64,000 bases of DNA from positions 121,088,001 to 121,152,000 of the forward strand of contig NC_086097.1 in assembly GCF_963921235.1 (NCBI RefSeq). Direction: 5' to 3'. Shown one piece after another: positions 25,071 through 37,856 of this stretch; the stretch's first letter is position 1; every line of letters begins with the position of its first letter. Source of the DNA: Mobula hypostoma. Its lineage: Eukaryota. The position numbers and the translations under genes were made by a program. The notes below the pieces were generated by a model that did not search any database, was not told the DNA's origin, and saw only the letters and a list, made by a program, of their open reading frames with translations.

Positions 25071-26111
25071 TTCAACAGTTAAGTTTACAGCAGGAACACG
25101 AAGTGTAGCTACTGTAAACTTAACTGTTGAGGGTTCCTCATATTCGAAGCACACAACTCATCCAATTTGCATCTGTGCTTATTCTGGGAACATAATAAAA
25201 TGCAACACGTCACGAATGCGACTGAAGAATTCACGCTAATTCAGCTGGAGGTCTGCTCTCCCGTTCAAGGGAGCAGCTTGCAACTCTGAAGGAACAGCAA
25301 TCTGCTACATTGAACATCTTGGTGTCGTCATCAAGGAAGTGCCGTCCTAAGTAGTGAGATGCCATCAATGATTTCGGCTCTTAGTGAGCACACAATGCAA
25401 CCTATAAATGTCTTGTGGTTGTCCACAGGAAAATGTGGATTTGTTGCACATTAGTACCTAGATGTCAATGAAACAATGCCAATTTAGGGCTAATTATTCT
25501 TTGCTCCTGGAGAGAAGATACTTAAATTTTCCTCTATTGGGGCAAAGACAAACTGCACCATGCTTTGACTCCCACTTGTAACCTTTTCTAATGTGAACAG
25601 AGTACTACTCAGATTGTGCAGAGATAACAGAGAAACTGGACTAGGCACTGTCTAGTTGCTAAATATGCAGATGCCACATCAAAAGCATCAAATCCCCTGC
25701 CATTACAACACCTTCAGCAACTGTGAGCCACAGACAGATGAGGCACCGGGTAGCAGTCTGAGGTCAGATCAAGGGAACAAGCTTTATATATGTTGTCACC
25801 AACATCTAATCAGACTCACAAATGAAAGCATTTCCAGCATTCAAACTACTGTTAGGCTGAAGATTCTGTGACTGAGCATTAGGACTGTGAAACTCACATA
25901 GTGTATAAGGTAGTGAAACCGAAAAGGAACCAAGTTCTGTCATTGTAGTGAAAACCATTAAAGTAAAACAACTGTTGAAAAATGTAATCTGTTTTTTCCT
26001 GTTATAAATGTTTCTGAGTTCAGTCAGGCAATTGGGATGTATCAATGTTCAAGGCAAGACATACCTTTTAGTATTCAGAAATAAATGACACTAATGTTGT
26101 GGCTTCTGGCT

Positions 26112-26650
26112 TAGACCATAAGACCATAAGACAGTGGAGCACAATTAGGCCATTAGGCCCATTGAATCTGCACCGCCATTCCATCATGGCTGATTTACTT
26201 TCACCCTCAAATCATTTCCCTGCCTTATCCCTGTGACATCCTACTAATCAAGAACCTATCAACCTCCTCTTTAAATATACCCAATGACTGGGCTGCCACA
26301 GCTGCCTGTAGTAATGAATTCTCCAGATTCACCAACCTCTGGCTAAAGAAATTCCTCCACATCTCTGTTCTAAAGGGATGTCCTTGTACTCTGAGGCTGT
26401 GCATTCTTGTCCTAGACTCTCCACGTCAACTTTATCTTGGCTTTTCAATATTTGGTAGTTTTCAATGAAATCCACACCCCTCCCATTCTTTAAAACTCCA
26501 GTGAGTACAGACCCATCGCCATCAAATGCTCCTCATATGTTAACCCTTTCATTCCCAGCATCATTTGCATGAAATCTGCTCTGGACCCTCTCCACTGGTA
26601 GCACACCCTTTCCTAGATAACGGGTCCAAAACCATTCATAATAATCAAAG
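26112..26650 (-). mobile_element. CR1 3'-end fragment
   Basis: agaccataagaccataagac tail and body similar to 59448-60000. Confidence 0.8.
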
Positions 26651-28042
26651 CCAATGCACTAAGGCTTTGCTGTAAACCTTGCCTTGCCTCAGAGAAGAAA
26701 AGTTGTTAATGTTCTGCTGTTGGCTGTATCTATACTGAAGCAGACACGACTGAATTTGTCTAACTGCAGAAAGAAAAAAAAACGCATCCTCTTAATTTGT
26801 GTACACTGTGTGAACTTTGAAAGCCTTTTGAGCAGCACGCAGCGGGATCTGGAATTGTTCAGTCATGCTTCCTAAAGTCAGCGGCGTACTTTTAAGCAAA
26901 CAAACTTAACGATAATGCAAAGGAGAACAAACAGAAAATGCTAGAAATGCTCAGCATGTCAGGTTACAACGAAGATAAACAGAGCCCATGTTTCAGATCA
27001 ATTACAAACAAAAATACCTAGTCCAATTTTCCTGATGGGCACATTTCATTGGAAAAGATAACTAGCACAATCTATTATTTATTATTGGCACAGTTCCTCT
27101 CTTTTACACACTGGTTGTTTGTCAGTCTTTGCTTATGCATAGTTTTTCAAAGTTCTACTGTACTTTTTTTTATTTTCCTGCAAATGCCTGCAAGAAAATG
27201 AATCTCAGGGTAGTACATAGTGGCATATACATACTTCAATAATAAATTTACTATGAACTTTGAATTAACTTGGATCAATTTTCTCCTGGACTAGCTCATA
27301 AAATACTGGCAATGATGTGTCAGATTTTGGGGCATGTATGTGTTGAATGAAAATCCTGAACAACGTCTCTCATCTTTTTTTTCTATTCAGGTTTTGGACC
27401 TGCTGTGCAATTTAAACATTTTCAAATTTGATCTTATGGAAAGTAGTAATGTTTATTTTAACTCTTATTTTAACACTGCCTCTCAATATTCACTTCATTC
27501 ATTTAGTAATGCTGCCACTGGCTAATAGATACAACTTTACCTGTTTCTAAAATATTCAATATGATAAAAGTCAGATTAATTCCTTGGGGGAATAGGCCAA
27601 ATAAATTTTTAAACAACTCAGCTATGCCCCTCCCACAATGATATGAAGGTCAGCCCTCTACTCTTTCCCTGAAACCGTACATCCATACCTCTGATCAATC
27701 CTCACATTACAAACTTTCCTTCCCGCTTTGCCAGTCCACCCATCACCATCGCACATGTCTGACTGTGCTGGGGATCATTTTCTTGCCTGGTGCTTTGCTC
27801 AGTTAGAAGCTTCTTGCTTTTCAGGTGTCTTGATGTGCAGAAAAAAAATATTGGCAGATTCTGAATCTCCAAAATGGGAACTTGCATTCTGAAGTACTGA
27901 CTGAGTTTTTAAGTTCCTAGTGCTGTAATGAGGAATTCTTTATCTGGAAGCGGTCTGTGTTTCTCTCTCCACGGAGCTGCCCCCCTTCAAAGCATCCCCA
28001 GCAGCCTCTGCTTTTATTTCGAACATAACAGAGCTTTTGCCA

Positions 28043-29141
28043 TCGAATGCTACTAAAACTCTCATGCTCTGTCTGTCTGTTTGTGACCTCCAATTAGCGC
28101 AAACGGTGCATTACAGCGGCACTTTTTTTTGGCTAAATCGAATTAAAATGCGCTAATTTACAGAATGCAGGCAAAGTTCACGGTTATATATTCGTATAAA
28201 ATTGCTCATTCGCCGAAATAAACAGGCTCCCTTTTAACCCGAGACCCGATTGGCCATCATGGAAATCGGGACGCGACAGCCCGACGCATGCACACGGGCA
28301 GTCTCAGCAGCGACACCTACCGGAGCAAAAGGGCAGGGCAGCTCTATTTCACAGGGTCACATTCTGCTAGTCACCACCATCAGCATGTGCAGGATTGGGA
28401 CAGATCTAACTGCCATCCATCAATAAGAGATAATTAAATCTTACTGTAATGACATACTTCGAGACACCCATATAACCCTTGGCTGCAGTCAAAGGACAGC
28501 GGTGACTATATCACATCCATTTAGGAGAGCACCAACCACATCATCAAGAATAATCAGATTCCTTTGGTGTTACTGCTTCATATCTTCTATCCAGCATTAG
28601 GGTAAAAAAAAGTGGTCAGCCTAATTATGCCACGTGGTAAGGGAAGGGGGACATTATGGTCAAGAGATGACATCAAACGTCGTCGGGAAGCAGCAAGGAG
28701 AGGGAGAGAACAAGAATCGGATGAGGCCAGGGCCGCACGACTCCAGGATCAAACAGTCAGGACAAAATCAGATGAGAGAAGAAGAGACAGAGGAGGAGAG
28801 GCATGCACGTCTCCAGGATCAAAGATAAACAACAAACAGCAGAAGAGATGAAGAGACGCGGGGATGAAAGGGCTGCATGTCTCCAGAATGACAAGGAGAG
28901 GCACAAGGGTGGCAGATAAACCAGAAATGATGCCATCAAACGTGTCCTTTGTTAAATGAGGAGCAGCTATATTTGCTTTGCTACGTGTCGTTCTTCTTAA
29001 ATAAACTGAGGTTTTCTACTTCAGTTTCCAAAGCAAAGCGATACCAATAGCAATCAGGAAAATTTAATGTTCATTCTGGTCACATCAGACTGCACTACCC
29101 TTCTCTCAAAGGGTGCCCCAACAGGTCACGCTGTTGTCTAG
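28043..29141 (+). mobile_element. Non-autonomous Helitron derivative
   Basis: A|TC...CTAG|T boundaries with no TSD, 5' ctactaaaactc...(tctg)n, small subterminal hairpin aacag-gtcacg-ctgtt, and E/R-rich peptide repeats (ESDEARAARLQDQ, ETEEERHARLQDQR) like those N-terminal to Helitron RepHel. Confidence 0.65.
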
Positions 29142-29424
29142 TTTTACTTAAATCTACAAAGCACAAATCCTATCCAGCCAGCAAATAAACTGGTAAACAA
29201 GAGCAGGATTTCAGTCACCCGAGTAAAGACAGGATGTCAGCAGGGGATGGGTGAACAGTAAAGCATTGTCGTGATTCCCCCCTCACAAGCACCACCCCAC
29301 ACCTACCACTGGGTCCACAAGGAAATCAGTTTTAAAAAATTGAAAATGAGTCTCCTATGGACCTCTTTGTTTTTTCTGCAAAAATGTACTCACATACAAA
29401 TGAACCAACATATTTCTTAAAACA

Positions 29425-32400
29425 GGCAGGAAGAGGGATGAGGTCCTGAAGTGTGAGTTTCGGGAACTAGGTAGAAGGCTGAAGAACAGGACCTCAAGGG
29501 TGGCGTTCTCAGGATTGCTGCCAGTGCTACATGACAGTGATGGTAAGAAATGGAGGAGATGGCAGTTGAATGCGTGGCTGAGGAGTTGGTGCAGGGGGCA
29601 GGGTTTTAGATTTTTCTATCATTGGGATCTCTTCTGGGGAAGGTGTGACCTGTGCAGATTGGATGGGTCACACCTGAACTCAAGGGGGAGCAATATCTTT
29701 GCAGGTAGGTTTGCCAGCATGGTTCGGCAGGGTTTAAACTAATTTGCTAGAGGGATGGGACCCAGAGCGATAGAGCAGTGGAAGAAGTGCATGGAGTAAA
29801 GCTAGATCTAACATATAGAGAGGCTTTGAGGAAAGTGAAGCAGAATAAAGGGTGTAAAGGTAGTAAGGTAAAATGGCTAAAGTGCGTATACTTCAATGCA
29901 AAAAGCATCAGTAACAAAGGTGATGAACTGAGGGCTTGGATACATACATGGAATTATGATGTAGTGGCCATTACAGAGACTTGGCTGGCACCAGGGAAGG
30001 AGTGGATTCTCAATATTCCTGGATTTCAGTGCTTTAAAAGGGATAGAGGTGGAGGGGGGGGAAGGGGAGGAGGGGTGACATTACTGGTCAGGGGATACTA
30101 TTACAGCTACAGAAAGGGCGGGTAATGTAGCAGCATCCTTTTTTGAGTCAGTATGGGTGGAAGTCAGGAACAGGAAGGGAGCGGTTACTCTATTGGGAGT
30201 ATTCTATAGGCCCCCTGGTACCGCAGAGATACCGAGGAGCAGATTGGGAGGTAGATTTTGGAAAGGTGCAAAAATAACAGTGTTGTTATCATGGGTGACT
30301 TTAACTTCCCTAATATTGATTGGCACCTGATTAGTTCCAATGGTTCAGATGGGGCAGAGTTTGTTAAGTGTGTCCAGGACAGTATGTTGACAGGCCGACT
30401 AGGGGGAATGCCGTACTAGACCTAGTATTAGGTAACGAACTGGGTCAGGTCACAGAACTCTCAGTGGGTGAGCATCTGGGGGACAGTGACCACTGCTCCC
30501 TGGCCTTCACCGTTATCATGGAAAAGGATAGAATCAGAGAGGACAGGAAAATTTTTAATTGGGAAAGGGCAAATTATGAGGCTATAAGGCTAGAACTTAT
30601 GGGTGTGAATTGGGACAACACCATCAAAGTTGCTGGTGAACGCAGCAGGCCAGGTAGCATCTCTAGGAAGAGGTACAGTCGACGTTTCAGGCTGAGACCC
30701 TTCGTGTGTTGCTTGAATTTCCAGCATCTGCAGAATTTCTCATGTTTGCGGTGTGAATTGGGATATGTTTTTGCAGGGAAATCTTACTATGGACATGTGG
30801 TCGATGTTTAGGGATTTCTCGCAGGATGTTACGGATAAATTTGTCCCGGTGAGGAAGATAAAGAATGGTAGGGTGAAGGAACCATGGGTGACAAGTGAGG
30901 TGGAAAATCTAGTCAGGTGGAAGAAGACAGCATACATGAGGTTTAGGAAGCAAGGATCAGAGGGGTCTATTGAGGAATATAGGGTAGCAAGAAAGGAGCT
31001 TAAGAAGGGGCTGACGAGAGCAAGAATGGGGCATGAGAAGGCCTTGGCAAGTAGGGTAAAGGAAAACCCCAAGGCATTCTTCAATTATGTAAAGAACAAA
31101 AGGATGACAGGAGTGAAGGTAGGACCGATTAGAGATAAAGGTGGGAAGATGTGCCTGGAGGCTGTGGAAGTGGAAGTTCCTCAATGAATACTTCTCTTCG
31201 GTATTCACCAATGAGAGGGAACTTGATGATGGTGAGGACAATATGAGTGAGGTTGGTGTTCTAGAGCATGTTGATATTAAGGGAGAGGAGGTGTTGGAGT
31301 TGTTAAAATACATTAGGACGGGTAAGTCCCCAGGGCCTAACGGAATATTCCTCTGGCTGCTCCACGAGGTGAGGGAAGAGATTGCTGAGCCTCTGGCTAG
31401 GATCTTTATGTCCTCATTGTCCACGGGAATGGTACTGGAAGATTGGAGGGAGGCGAATGTTGCCCCCTTGTTCAAAAAAGATAGTAGGGATAGTCCAGGT
31501 AATGATAGACCAGTTAGCCTTACGTCTGTGGTGGGAAAGCTGTTGGAACAGATTTGTAGAGTTAGGAACTATGGGCAGTTAGAGAATCATGGTCTGATCA
31601 GGGACAGTCAGCATGGCTTTGTGAAGGGCAGATCGTGTCTAATAAGCCTGATAGAGTTCTTTGAGGAGGTGACCAAGCATATAGATGAGGGTAGTGCAGT
31701 GGATATGATCTACATGGATTTTAGTAAGGCATTTGACAAGGTTCCACACGGTAGGCTTATTCAGCAAGTCTGAAGGCACAGGATCCAGGGAAGTTTGGCC
31801 AGGCGGATTCAGAATTGGCTTGCCTGCAGAAAGCAAAGGGTCATGGTGGAGGGAGTACATTCGGATTGGAGGGTTGTGACTAGTGGGGTCCCACAAGGAT
31901 CTGTTCTGGGACCTCTACTTTTCGTGATTTTTATTAACGACCTGGATGTGGGGTAGAAGGGTGGATTGGCAAGTTTGCAGATGACACAAAGGTTGTTGGT
32001 GTTGTGGATAGTGTAGAGGATTGTTGAAGATTGCAAAGAGACATTGATAGGATGCAGAAGTGGGCTGAGAAGTGGCAGATGGAGATCAACCCAGAGAAGT
32101 GTGAGGTGGTACACTTTGGAAGGACAAACTCCAAGGCAGAATACAAAGTAAATGGCAGGATACTAGGTAGTGTGGAGGAGCAGAGGGATCTGTGATTACA
32201 TGTCCACAGATCCCTCAAAATTGCCTCACCAGTAGATAGGGTAGTTAAGAGAGCTTATGGGGTGTTAGATTTCATAAGTCGAGGGATAGAGTTTAAGAGT
32301 CGCGAGGTAATGATGCAGCTCTATAAAATTCTGGTTATGCCACACTTGGAGTACTGTGTCCAGTTCTGGTCGCCTCTCTATAGGAAGGATGTGGAAGCAT

Positions 32401-32867
32401 TGGAAAGGGTACAGAGGAGATTTACCATGATGCTGCCTGGTTTAGAGAGTATGCATTATGATCAGAGATTAAGGGAGCTAGGGCTTTACTCTTTGGAGAA
32501 GGAGGATGAGAAGAGACATGATAGAGGTATACAAGATATTAAGAAGAATAAATAGAGTGGACAGCCAGTGCCTCTTCCCCAGGGCACCACTGCTCAATAC
32601 AAGAGGACATGGCTTTCAGGTAAGGGGTGGGAAGTTCAAGGGAGATATTAGAGCAAGGTTTTTTTTAACTCATAGAGTGGTTGGTGGTGGAATGCACCGC
32701 CTGAGTCAATGGTGGAGGCAGATACACAGGTGAAATTTAAGAGACTACAAGACAGGTATATGGAGGAATTTAAGGTGGGGGGTTATATGGGAGGCAGGGT
32801 TTAAGGGTCAGCACAACATTGTGGGCCAAAAGGCCTGTACTGTGCTGTAGTATTCTATGTTCTATGT
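29425..32867 (+). mobile_element. CR1 LINE, 5'-truncated within ORF1, inactivated
   Basis: DGSHLNSRG, YFNAKSI..VVAITETWL, GDSDHC, RPVSLTSVVGK, YMDFSKAFDKVPH, HLEYCVQFWSP; tail ttctatgttctatgt. Confidence 0.93.
30616..30749. mobile_element. Minimal (134 bp) head-to-head Penelope-like insertion inside CR1 ORF2
   Basis: Inverted short-end arm 30616-30705 plus forward long-end arm; 14-bp TSD ggtgtgaattggga (30602-30615 / 30750-30763). Confidence 0.85.
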
Positions 32868-33593
32868 AATATTATTGCTCACTCACATGGTTCTTCTCTG
32901 TCTCTGCCAAGTAAAAGCTGAACAACAACTTCCTCCAACCCATCTTCTCAAGCACTGGTTAGATTTAAGAATTTAAAAAGAAATACTTTTATGCCCTTTT
33001 CTGCCAACTTTGCAATTACACATATATTTTTATAGAGAAGGCGTATGTTAATCCTACATTAAAAATGCAAACGTCTAACTTATGAAATTTGTTTATCAAG
33101 CTGTGCACTCTAGAAGAATTAAAAGTCAAAGTTGCTGTAGAATCGTCTGCCAACCAAAGACTACTTAAACAAAATCTGGATAAACCTTCAGATTCTTTGA
33201 ATATGCTGGCACTTTCATTGAGATAAAATGGAACTCTCTACTTTTTTAAATTATGGAAAGGATCCATGACTGTCATACAATTCTCTAAAAGGCCCATCAC
33301 AAAAGATCACCTTCATTAAAAAGGTGAAGGCACGTAAATTTATTTAGAAGTTAATATCCAGTAAAACTCTTAAGGCACAAATCAAACAGCAAAGCTTGTG
33401 TTAACTGTGGATCACTGTTAGAATTGTCATCCTGGAGACATTAACTCATGAGTTTGAAGATTTGAACATCAAATTTAGACCATAATACGATAAGGCCATA
33501 ATGTTATCCTATCTTATCTTTTCAATAAGACATTAAAGGAACTTCTCCACCCAATTCAAAATAGATAACTCATGCCATTACTTTGGATAAATA

Positions 33594-36103
33594 CAGTGCC
33601 TTGATAAAGTATTCAGCCCCCAAAATATTTTAAGGTTTTTGTGTTTCATTTTCTATTGTTAAGATATATTGAAGTCAGAGTTTTTGAGCTAATCTACAAA
33701 ACATTGTGCATCATGTCAAATCAAAAGAGAAATTCCAATATCTGTTAACAACTTATGAAAAATTAAAAATCAAAATTGTGAGGCTGAAAAAGTATGCATC
33801 CCCTTTGTAATTACTGCACTAATTTTCCTTAGATGCAATATACATAATACCTTACCAACTCACCCAATTTGTTGATGTAGAAAATTGTAGGATCGCCTGT
33901 TTTCAAAGAATTCATAAGAATTCTCTTTGTAAGGTCCAACATCAATAGATTATCAATAGACCAAACCAAAATGAAGACAAAGGAGCATTCAAGACAGGTC
34001 AGGGAAATGGTATTAGAGAAGCACAAATCTAGGCAAGGATACAAGACCATCTTAAAAGCACTGAACATACCTCAGAGCCCAGTGTAATCCATCAAGAAAA
34101 AGTGGAAAAAAGTATGAAACCACAGCCACACTAAGAAGCCCCTATAAACTCAGTCGCTGGAGAAGAACGGTGCTTGTAAGAGAGGCTACTGTAACACCAA
34201 CTGTCATTGGATGAGTTGCAGAAGTCAGTGGCTGCAACTGGAAATGAAGTTCATGGCTCCAAAATCTCTAAGGCCTTGCACAAAAATGGTATTTATGGAA
34301 GAGTGATAAGGAAGAAGCACTGGCTAAAAAAAGCACATCCTTGTTCGTAAAAACTTTGCAAAGCATCACTTAGAAGATATTGTTAAGATGTGGAAGAAGG
34401 ACTTTGTGACCGGATGAGACTAAAGTGGAAATTTTGGCTTCAACACCAAACAGTTTGCATAGTAAATCTAATACTGAGCATCGACCAGCTAACACCATTC
34501 CCACTGTAAAGTATGGTGGAGGTAGCATTATGCTATGGCAATGCTTTTCAGCAGCAGGGTCTGGAAATCTGGCCAGGATTGATGGGAAGATGAGCAATCT
34601 TACAAGGAGGAATGGACAAACCTTGCTCTACCACATTGAACAAAGCTAATAGAGACTTATCCAAAAAGACTACTGCTTGTAATAGCTGAAAGAGGTGGTT
34701 CAACTAAGTACCGAGCAAAGCAGAATGAATACTTCTGAACTGCTGACATTTCAGTGTTTTGAATTTTTAGTTTTCATATTTTTACAGCTTTCCCTATTAT
34801 TTTGGGCACTACTGTGAATAAAAGGAATGCAATTCACAAGTAAAAATTCTCAGTTAATTTGATCAAAATCCTTTTCTTTTTCAATCTTTTTATTAGTTTC
34901 ACAAAATATAAACATGACAAAGTAGTAATACAAAGTTATTGGGAATACATTGTTATAATTAACATGATTAATTATAAAACTAAAAAATTAATTGACAAAA
35001 CTCCCACTCATAAAGTATACCAATGGATAATACAGAACAAAGAAATAACTAGACAAAAATCATGAAAAAGGAAAAAAAAACCCTCCCCACCAAAATAAAA
35101 CTAATCTAAACAGAATTAATCAACTAAACTAAAAAAAGACCTGGGCTGTTTTAACATCATAAAAAATGGGAGAAAAGAAAATCTTAGTGTCGACGACTCC
35201 ATTCCTCTCAACCAACATTACAGAGAAGTAAAATAGGTTTGGAAATGGTCAAATTACATCATATGAAAATGCTGAATAAATGGCCTCCAAGTCTTTTTGA
35301 ATTTAATGGAAGGGTCATAAACCATACTTCTAATTTTTTTCCAAATTTAAACACAACAGAGTTTGTGAAAACCAGTGAAGTATTGTAGGGGGGTTAATTT
35401 CTTTCCAATTCAGCAAAATGGATCTTCTAGCCATTAAAGTGAGAAGTGCAATCATCCGACGAGCTGAAGAGGTTAAATGATTTAATTCTATCATTGGTAG
35501 CCCAAAAATAGCAGTACTAGGTGAGCTTGTAAGTCTATATTCAAAACCGTTGAAATAATATCAAAAATGTCTTCCCAATATTTTTTCAACAAAGGACATG
35601 ACCAAAACATGTGAGTTAAAGAAGCTATCTCGGAATGACATCTATCACATATAGGATTTATATGAGAGTAAGAACGAGATAGTTTATCTTTGGACATATG
35701 AGCCCTGTACACTACTTTAAACTGTATCAACGCATGCTTAGCACATACAGAGGATGAATTAACTAATTGAAGAATTTTTTCCCATTTTTGAATCAGTATA
35801 ATAATCTTAAGTTCTCTTTCCCGATCAGTTTTAATTTTATTAGATACATCAGGACATAAATTCATAATTATATTATGAATAATTGCTACAACACCTTTCT
35901 GACAGAGATTCAAATCTAAATTTTTTCCCAAAATATCCATTGAATATGAGTGTGGAAAATTAGGAGAAACAGTAATTAAAAAGTTTCTAACCTGTAGATA
36001 TCTAAAAAAGTGAGATCCGGGTAAAATTGTATCAAAATCCCTGTTGGTAATACTCATTCATGTGAACAAAGGGTTGGGGGCTGAACATTTTTACAAGGCA
36101 CTA
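33594..36103 (+). mobile_element. Tc1 DNA transposon, decayed, carrying an L1 insertion
   Basis: TA|cagtgccttgataaagtattcagccccc ... gggggctgaacatttttacaaggcacta|TA; transposase remnants MKTKEHSRQVREMVLEKHKS and PTVKYGGGSIMLWQCFSAAGSGNL. Confidence 0.88.
34872..36030 (-). mobile_element. L1-clade LINE 3' fragment
   Basis: ORF2 C-terminal FFRYLQVRNF and CCHC finger ICDRCHSEIASLTHMFWSC; A-rich tail; duplicated atcaaaatcc (34862-34871 / 36031-36040). Confidence 0.85.
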
Positions 36104-36592
36104 TAGCTCAATCCACTATTGACTGGGTCAATGCCAATCCACTATTATCAGGAAATTATTTGACTAGTATCACATTGCTTTCAGCAGAACCTGGACTTGG
36201 GTAAATTGGCTGCCTCATATACTGTATAAAATAAGTAATGTTACTTCAAAAACAATCACCAGAACTTAATCTCATGTGCAGCTCCCCTGATCCTGTTCCA
36301 GTGCTCCCAAATGCTTCAGACCAAAAGTAAATATCCAATTCTTCTCAGAATGCTCCTATTGAGTCTGCTACCTCTACCCTTCTAAGTAGTACATTCCAGA
36401 TCAAAATAATTTTCTGGGCCAGATCTGGTGAATTAACTGGCGAGTTGCCTGACCTCACTAGTTGCCTGCCTTGCAAATCCACACTGATCAGCAAACCACA
36501 AGCCCTAAACAAAACATATCCAAACTTAAGCAACATACATCAAAGTTGCTGGTGAACGCAGCAGGCCAAGCAGCATCTATAGGAAGAGGTGC

Positions 36593-36628
36593 AGTCGACG
36601 TTTCAGGCCGAGACCCTTCGTCAGGACT
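36593..36628 (-). ncRNA. Minimal type I hammerhead ribozyme motif
   Basis: AGUC-CUGACGA-AGGGUCUCGGCCU-GAAA-CG-UC/GACU: full catalytic core, stem I AGUC/GACU, GUC cleavage triplet. Confidence 0.75.
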
Positions 36629-37820
36629 AACTGAAGGAAGAGTGAGTAAGGAATTTGAAAGCTGGAGGGGGAGGGGGAGATGCAAAATGATAGGAGAAGA
36701 CAGGAGGGGGAGGGATAGAGCCGAGAGCTGGACAGGTGATAGGCAAAAGGGGATACGAGAGGATCATGGGACAGGAGGTCCGGGAAGAAAGACAAGGGGG
36801 GCAGGGGTGACCCAGAGGATGGGCAAGAGGTATATTCAGAGGGACAGAGGGAGAAAAAGGAGAGTGAGAGAAAGAATGTGTGCATAAAAATGAGTAACAG
36901 ATGGGGTACGAGGGGGAGGTGGGGCCTTAGCGGAAGTTAGAGAAGTCAATGTTCATGCCATCAGGTTGGAGGCTACCCAGACGGAATATAAGGTGTTGTT
37001 CCTCCAACCTGAGTGTGGCTTCATCTTTACAGTAGAGGAGGCCGTGGATAGACATGTCAGAATGGGAATGGGATGCGGAATTAAAATGTGTGGCCACTGG
37101 GAGATCCTGCTTTCTCTGGCGGACAGAGCGTAGATGTTCAGCAAAGCGGTCTCCCAGTCTGCGTCGGGTCTCACCAATATATAAAAGGCCACATCGGGAG
37201 CACCGGACGCAGTATATCACCCCAGTCGACTCACAGGTGAAGTGATGCCTCACCTGGAAGGACTGTTTGGGGCCCTGAATGGCGGTAAGGGAGGAAGTGT
37301 AAGGGCATGTGTAGCACTTGTTCCGCTTACACGGATAAGTGCCAGGAGGGAGATCAGTGGGGAGGGATGGGGGGGACGAATGGACAAGGGAGTTGTGTAG
37401 GGAGCGATCCCTGCGGAATGCAGAGGGGGGGGGAGGGAAAGATGTGCTTAGTGGTGGGATTATATTCCGTCTGGGTAGCCTCCAACCTGATGGCATGAAC
37501 ATTGACTTCTCTAACTTCCGCTAAGGCCCCACCTCCCCCTCGTACCCCATCTGTTACTCATTTTTATGCACACATTCTTTCTCTCACTCTCCTTTTTCTC
37601 CCTCTGAATATACCTCTTGCCCATCCTCTGGGTCACCCCCGCCCCCCTTGTCTTTCTTCCCGGACCTCCTGTACCATGATCCTCTCGTATCCCCTTTTGC
37701 CTATCACCTGTCCAGCTCTCGGCTCTATCTCTCCCCCTCCTGTCTTCTCCTATCATTTTGCATCTCCCCCTCCCCCTCCCCCTCCAGCTTTCAAATCCCT
37801 TACTCACTCTTCCTTCAGTT

Positions 37821-37856
37821 AGTCCTGACGAAGGGTCTCGGCCTGAAACGTTGACT
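37821..37856 (+). ncRNA. Minimal type I hammerhead ribozyme motif
   Basis: agtc-ctgacga-agggtctcggcct-gaaa-cg-tt-gact; GUU triplet. Confidence 0.7.

Noticed and set aside
36927..37502. 191-aa ORF as a stand-alone GIY-YIG nuclease gene
   Set aside because: Its N-terminus is antisense sequence fused across the inversion junction at about 37460; it is a truncated retroelement, not a domesticated gene.
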